Positions 57,242 through 64,000 of a stretch of DNA of 64,000 nt are shown piece after piece. The notes below the pieces were generated by a model that was given only the letters and a program-made list of their open reading frames with translations, was not told the origin of the DNA and searched no databases. The DNA is from Chromera velia. Taxonomy: Eukaryota. Numbering within the stretch: position 1 is the stretch's first letter; each line of letters begins with the position of its first letter. The DNA lies in NCBI GenBank assembly GCA_018398765.1, contig JAHBMJ010000113.1, forward strand, positions 1 to 64,000, written 5' to 3'. The position numbers and the translations under genes are program-made.

Positions 57242-57816
57242 ACTCTAAATGCACAGCCACACAGAGGGGGGGTAGGAACCACAGTCGAGGCGAAAATAAA
57301 GGAAAGGGGCTTCTATGAGAGACAGGGAGAAGCACGCAAGGGGCAAAAGCGGGGTGGGTCAGGGGAGGAAGAGCGAACGGAGAAAGTGCAAAATGCCTCA
57401 GTGAGAAAAGGCAGCGGAACCTCACGCGAATGCTTTGGAGGATGGCGGGGTCGTGCGAGTAGTTGCACAACGTGCCCCAAGTACACCTGCAGGAACAGGG
57501 ACAAATGAAATAGCCACCCCACACATTCCCAAGCGAGCGATCAGGAAGAGACTTGGACTGGCGGTAGGAGCACCACGGAGAGCCCCCTTTCCCTGACCTG
57601 CCTCTCCTGTGGACCTCACAAGGAAGCTTCTTGCCTGGAAGAGGTGCGAGACCAGGACCTGCAAGTATGTATTACACATGGAAGATCGGAGATGTCTCTT
57701 TCAGCAGAGACGTGCATGCACATCCTCAGACACGCTCCCGGTGGGCGCTTCTTCTGACCAGGTTTTGCCACGATGCACCATGAGGGTGCGCCATCAGAAT
57801 GCGGGCCAGGAAGCAT
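51232..57816 (-). CDS. Multi-CCCH zinc-finger protein with Pro-rich tail (model partly resolved; could be two genes)
   Basis: In-phase exons 57658-57598, 57486-57426, 57092-56984 and 56021-55513 give CEVHRRGRCTWGTLCNYSH (C-x7-C-x5-C-x3-H), CRHIEKKGHFRQGDLCPDNH (C>F) and CFYHHALRPPRDGSCKDGRKCRFSH. Further plausible exons are 55288-55184, 54887-54792 and 54721-54683. The terminal exon (about 52015-51232) contains GWCKRQGMCFYDH. The start codon and the exons between 54683 and 52015 are uncertain. Confidence 0.6.
52380..52640 (+). repeat. Dispersed stem-loop repeat, copy 2
   Basis: Clear alignment to 2040-2290; a truncated third copy ends near 54607. Confidence 0.8.
53560..54607. repeat. Minisatellite of about 50-70 bp units, ending in a truncated copy of the dispersed repeat
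   Basis: The unit (CAGA)n-C(T/A)ATATGTTTCTTCTTCTTCTCCCTCCTTTTCTTCAT is repeated more than 10 times; it ends with GTGGGCAGGGGGCCCGAAAGGTTAGAG. Confidence 0.92.
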
Positions 57817-58764
57817 CAGAATCAGAAGACCCCTGTACGAAAAATTTGAGGAGACAGGAACTTTTGGAGCAACAGTCACGTACGTGATTACCGGGTCATA
57901 TCAGGTCCTGGCGCTGAGCACACGATCGATCGGCCCACATCTCGGCCTGCCTGTGAAACATCTGCATGCTCCAATAGAACGACGGGCACGACTCGCGGCC
58001 CGTTCAAGACGCCGGAAGGGTGGTTGGGGTTCAAACAGCAATTATTAATCATTATTAATAAAGCAATATTTAATGCTCCTGCGGAGCATGCCGTGGCCCC
58101 GTTGAAAGGGGGAAACCGGGGGTCGCGCATTATCGCGTATGAAGGCCTAAATACGACTAAAAATTAGTCTGAAATTCTTACTTATAGTTATAGCAAATCG
58201 ATCTGCAAACTGTCTACAATACATATTCTTTACCTGAGTTTATAAAACTAATTTGCCATATTTTTTCTAACATTTTTAAAAAGGAAAAAATGATAATCTA
58301 GAGAATGATTGACTCGTTTTCTAGTTAACGTGATCTCTCAATACACTAATAACTCGATTAGGTTCGATACGAAAACACAGTAAAGGTATCTGTAAAAAGG
58401 CCCCAGACACGAAGGACGGTCTGAGGACCAGGAAGCAGTGAGCCAACAGTATTTGACCTAGTCTTTGACAGTGTATTACAGTGTCTGCATATATGTCTGC
58501 ATCACTTACACAATAGTTACTCTTTCATTATCTTTCATCCTTTGTCCTAGCCTTTGTCTCTCAATCTTGTTGTCTGTCTGAGACACTGTCAGTTTCTCTA
58601 CTTCAGTCTGGGTACATCAGCCTCGATCTCTTTCTCCTATGCAGAACTGTACATCCATCTGGCTCTTTCCCTCTCTCGCTCTCTATCTCTCCCTGATCAT
58701 GAGTCTTCGTCTGCCACCTGTCTGCTAACGTGCGCATGTACACATATACACACACACACACATA

Positions 58765-58806
<42 letters not shown>

Positions 58807-58843
58807 TACACACATACACACATACACACACACACTCACGTAC

Positions 58844-58881
<38 letters not shown>

Positions 58882-58992
58882 TTCACACTCTCACTGCTAC
58901 ATCGCACGCATACATAAGTACGCACATTACTCAAACTGACAAGCTCGCACAGGTATAGATCACATACGCACGGACGGAGACACACACATATA

Positions 58993-59078
<86 letters not shown>

Positions 59079-59514
59079 AAGAGAACGGAAGATCAGATAA
59101 GGACGTGCTAAGGAATGTTCCCTTTCCTTCAAAGTTTCTAAGGCTTTCATTTCATTCACAGACTGATACGCAGAACATTCAAAATTGTGCAGTGCAAAAA
59201 GAGGCAGTGGCCCTGGGCAGTGACCCCAAAGCAGGCAAGCAACCCAGAGAGTTTTGAGTGTGATTTCAAGTAAGCAGACCTCGGTGCACCGCCTGGTGGT
59301 TATACAAAGGAATATGCAGGCAAACACACACCGAGACACAACCATACACACTAACATACACAGGCTCTGCAGTAGAGTGGAGCGGGAATATTACAGAGCC
59401 TTTCAGAGGAAGCTCTCACATACATACAAAAACACACGAGGCAGAAAGGCTAACACAATGAAATACATCATGGATGTAGTCCTACTAGAGCCTTGAAGCA
59501 CAAGCTACCCACAT

Positions 59515-59595
<81 letters not shown>

Positions 59596-62469
59596 GTGCC
59601 TCCTGGTCTCATATACATATGCATACACCTACATACAATGTCATACAGACAAACATACGGAGAAGCAGACAGATAAGTAGGCAGGCGAACAGGTGGGCAG
59701 GCAGGCAAACAGGCCATATTTTCATTCTAGGGGAGGGGAATTTTTTTACAGACAGCAAGACAGACCTAGAAGACAGACAAATAGTCAGTTACTGTGACTG
59801 TCTGTCGCTGCCAGTCGATCAGTGGGTCAGTTAGTCAGTCAGGCACTGCCAGTCAGTCAGCCAGTCTTTCGCCTTTGCGCTTCTCCTCAGAGTCTCAGCA
59901 CTCCTGCACTCAATCAATGTGTACCCAGTCACTCAAAAGAGATGAATTTCAATATACACATAGCCTAAGAGACACAGAAAAATGTGGAACGAAGAAAGCC
60001 GGACAGAGCACACAAAGATAAAACCATATCACAGACTGGCATCCACGCATATAAATACCGGAAAAATTTATCCACAGGGGCACCGTGCATCGAAACGAGT
60101 ATCGTGGACAGCAACGGGGGGATATTTTAAGACAGACATGTAGACGGACACGGAAACCCAACACGCCTACTCATTCATCCATTTACTCAAAGACACAAGG
60201 ATTCACAGCCTAAAGTTAGTACAGATAGGAAATCACATATATTGTATGGCAGGCTCAAACAGGGTGAATAGAGCTAGAGGAAAGCCATAGGCGCCCGGGT
60301 TCAACAGCTCGCTTGCGGCAGAGAGTTGCATATGCTTACTAGCAGATTGTCTCTGACTGTCTCCCTTTCATTTATGGAGTCAAATAAACAGGAGGAATAC
60401 AAAGACAGGAACAGATTGACCACTCACCTTTCCTTGGAGCAGGACAGGTAGAGACCTGACCAAAAGGCAGATCTGTTTAGTCCGGAAACAATATGAAACT
60501 CATAACAGACAGATTGAGACGCGCGGAGACGGCGTTTGAAGAGTAGTGTTTTCACCCAGCTTTCACTCACTGTCACGCCCACGTCCGTCATTAAGTTAAA
60601 GATTTCCCTCATCTGCTCACCCACATTACAAAGTCTGACAAAGCTGTCGAACAGCGTATCTGATAGCGCATCTGAATTCAGACCTCAGAGGCGGTCGAAT
60701 TCAATCATTTCAATCAATGACATGCATGCGCAAAATTTTTACTGCGCGGTCCCGTAAGGCGTTTGCGACCCGAAATGTGAGGAAGTACGTAAGTGGCGCG
60801 CGTGCGAAATTCGGTGTAGAGGGCGGGGCTCACCTTTACTTTTTTCCTTTCGGTTTAGGCTACAGATACCGTGGCTTGGGGGCCACGGCACAGCAGTGAC
60901 TCCAGCTATCTCCAGCCAGCCCGTCAGCCAGCTATTCTCGCGGGGCTGCAGTTTGTCCATGTCAGCTTTGCGAAGCTCAATTTTCGCTCATGCACCCAAA
61001 AACACGTCATGGCCATAGAAGACTGTTTAACAATAGCAGAAACAGCAGTGATCCGTTCTACGTGTACTGTGATCTCCACGTCAAGAAGGAGAATCAGAAC
61101 CAGCCCCTTCACCCAATTCCGAGAACCCTCGAAGTCAAACACTGGACAACCGAATGTCCCAAGGACGATATGCCAGTTCCCTGCCCCCAGCCGTTCTGCG
61201 CAACCCAGTTTCCTCCCCTGCGGTATAAGTCCGGCGGATTCACCTGCAGGGCTTTTCACGCAGGTGCTGGGGTGTCGGTAGGGCAGCTGCCAGGTGGTTT
61301 CCCAAGGGGGCCGCAGCAGAGGACAAAATCCAAGCGACCAGGCCCCTCGGTAACCAAGGGGCAAGGGTCGAAGTCAGATGGCTTCCTACAGACTGAGGGG
61401 TGAGCAAAAGGGCTCTTTGGGGGGGGATTCAATTCGAGAAGATCCAAATGCAATGAGAGAGAGTGTTAGGTATGGTTGTTTGAAGAAGTAAGGTAAGAGG
61501 CTCTAGAAAGGGTACTAAGGTGGCACCAACGGATGCCCTCGCTTGCAGTCTCCACCTGTCATCCTTCTCATCCAATTCCATCTGCGTTATGCTTGACGGA
61601 CCTACCCCCTAGACCCACCAATCCCCGAGAGAGGGAACAGAGCACATCTCAGAGGTAGGGGGGGAAGAGAAAGCTCTCCGCGTCTGTGTTCCGCTCTGCC
61701 TGGCCAGGCATGCCAATTCACTCAGGGCTTGCATGAACCAGCACAGGTCGATTCACACATTGAATTTCGCATACATTCACTCTTTCACTTTCCTTTGCAT
61801 CATGCATGGCATTGCACTCACCTTTCTCTGTATACATTATCAAGTCTTTTGCTCTTCTTGTCCACACGTGATGCGGGACTACTTCGTTGGCAATCCCAAA
61901 AAGCGAAGAGCCGACAAGGTTCTGCAAGCCACAAGGTTATCTACTGCACTGCTGTTGATCATCATCCTCGGTGTATGAATGAATGCAAGGGAGGGGGAGC
62001 AACTACCTAGAGTTCCTTCTTCATTATGACCCAATGTCTCTTGAAGTCATATGTCTATCAATTTCTTTTCCACCTCCATCGATGCTTTAATTCATTGTCC
62101 TCTCCATTTCATCTCCAGGGCCTCAGGGCCTCTCTGCTGTCCTCCCCTTGTGCCTTCGTTCATTCAATGCCATTCTCTCATGAGTGGCTTCTTTGTGTCC
62201 TTGTTTCTTTCTTTCTTTCTTTCTTTCCTTTCTTTCTTTTTTTCTTGTTCTTTCCTCCTTTATTTTTTTCTTGCTTCTGTCGCTTCCTTCTTTGGTTCTC
62301 GCTGTCTGTCTGTCTGGTTTTCTTTCTTTCCCTCCTTTCTTTCCTTTCCTTTCTTTTCATGCCTTCGTGCTTCTTCTTTCTTCGGGCCCCTCTCTTTGTC
62401 TTTCTGTCTGAGACTACTTATTTTTTCTCTTTTTTTCTTTCTTTCTTTCTTTCTTTCTTTCTTTTTTTC

Positions 62470-62726
62470 TTTCTTTCTTTCTCCTGTCGGCAGGTTCGTG
62501 TGCACTTCTCAAGCATCACTGCTGACTACATTCGGCGTGGTGGACCAACACCTGCGCACCCGGAAGGAAAAGTGCCGAGAAGATGAATCTGGAGGTCTTC
62601 AAGACATCGGTTGCTGTCTTGCTTTTTTATCGGCGGGGGCGTCCTTTGTGCAAGGAGGTGGGCCTTCTACGCTCGGAGTCCTGCTTCACGTACTCCACAT
62701 CCCTTTTGCTTTGATTTTCTTCCATT
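62470..62726. repeat. Local segmental duplication, copy 1 (copy 2 at about 63725-64000)
   Basis: GGCAGGTT(C/T)GTGTGCACTTCTCAA(G/A)CATCACTGCTGACTACATT...GATTTTCTTCC occurs twice, each copy preceded by a TTTC tract. Confidence 0.9.
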
Positions 62727-63517
62727 GTTCGCCAGCCGCCCTTTTCTAACAGTGGCAAGCAAGAGGCATCGCGATGTTAGTACCAAACCACTTGTTCAGA
62801 AAACCTCTTTGTAGAGACTACGGGAATCAAAGTAGTGATGTGCCGACTGAGGACACGTCGTGTTCCGTATTAAAGCGTACCGACGATTGCTGCGAGGCGT
62901 GGTTTCTACGTGAATCCCCACGTTACCGCATTGCTTTCTGCACCCATATAGACTGCCCTGTCCTCTGGTAAATCAGCCCCCCAGTCTGGGTAGCAGTGTC
63001 ACGACCTGCCGTGAGTATGCTTGTCTCGCATGCGCAGAGGGGATAGGGGGGCGGGGGGCGGGCACATTTATTCTTTCTCTGCCTGTGTGTCTGCCTGCTT
63101 GTCTGTCTGTCTATAGGTCTCTCTGTGTCAGCAGGTGCATGGCGGCCTTCTCACAGTTGTCAGGTCTGGGTGGTCACTATAGTTGGCAAAATCATTATGG
63201 CGTAGACCACCATCAACTGCGTGTCAGGTGTGGAAGACGACAAGTAGATGCGTCGGGAGGGCTGTATGACGCCTCGATAGTTGGAGAGAAATGGAGAAGG
63301 TTGGTTCTTCAGGATATACTTAAGCGCATGACCGATGGAGACTGACCACCAAGAAAGTCTTTAAGCTACCCGTCGGGCCGGCCAATCATTCCGTTGTTCT
63401 TCGTTCTTCCTTTCCAGGAAGGCTTCCGTCAGCCGAGGACAGAATCGTGTCTCTCTTCCTTTCGTCAGGGTTTTGTGGTTATTTCGATGAGGAGACACGG
63501 GCATTCCAGAGAGAGGA

Positions 63518-63549
<32 letters not shown>

Positions 63550-63724
63550 GGACGGAGAGAGGAAGACAGACAGACAGACAGACAGACAGACACACAGGCG
63601 TGAAGACAAAGAGATGGAGAGAAGCGCAAAACGTGCCTTTCTTTTTCTTCCTTCCTTCCTTCCTTCCTTCCTTCTTTCTTTTTTTCTTTCTTTCTTTCTT
63701 TCTTTCTTTTTTTTTTTCTTTCTT

Positions 63725-64000
63725 TCTTTCTTTCTCCTTTTGGCAGGTTTGTGTGCACTTCTCAAACATCACTGCTGACTACATTTGGCGTGGTGGACCA
63801 ACACCTGCGCACCCGGAAGGAAAAGTGCTGAGGAGATGAATCTGGAGGTCTTCAAGACATTGGTTGCTGTCTTGCTTCTTCATTGGCATATTCCGCAGAG
63901 GCAAACCGGCGGGGGTGTCCTTTATGCAAAGGGTGGGCCTTCTATGCTCGGAGTCCTGCTTCACGCGCTCCGCATCCCTTTTACTTTGATTTTCTTCCGT
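63725..64000. repeat. Local segmental duplication, copy 2
   Basis: Aligns with 62470-62726, with an extra ~20 bp near 63880-63905; runs to the window edge. Confidence 0.9.

Noticed and set aside
62490..62590. ITADY / GVVDQHLR fragments faintly like the piggyBac transposase DYN..GGVD motif
   Set aside because: The fragments are in different frames and too short, with no TTAA-flanked TIRs or other transposase motifs.

Overview
This is eukaryotic, intron-rich nuclear DNA with microsatellite-laden introns. The gene content and style resemble a chromerid alveolate such as Chromera velia; that is an inference and was not verified. Six protein-coding loci were read by hand: (1) an 8-exon NAT9-like GNAT acetyltransferase (minus, 469-4500); (2) an 8-exon RI/NLRC3-like leucine-rich-repeat protein (plus, 5338-9958); (3) an 8-exon histidine phosphatase (minus, 11780-15939); (4) an intronless, signal-peptide-bearing Trp/Gly-rich protein (plus, 16675-17121); (5) a 21-exon gene of about 5080 aa (plus, 19428-41715); and (6) a partly resolved multi-CCCH zinc-finger gene (minus, about 51232-57816). 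Gene 5 joins a USP7-like MATH / apparently catalytically dead USP / UBL module to PAM2-like motifs, a possible LOTUS-like segment, an RRM and a Q/G/P-rich tail. A degenerate Ty1/copia retrotransposon (44205-50166; 232-bp LTRs ending TG...TA, 5-bp TSD, no canonical PBS) is nested in a non-autonomous hAT-type element (43977-50777, 8-bp TSD). Duplicated sequences differ almost only by C>T/G>A transitions, and the repeat-rich intergenic islands are AT/TpA-rich, which hints at methylation-driven or RIP-like mutation of repeats. The top candidates for new biology are the pseudo-USP7/RNA-binding fusion, the atypical copia ends and priming site, and the repeat-directed transition bias. Most short ORFs in the supplied track are microsatellite or antisense artefacts.
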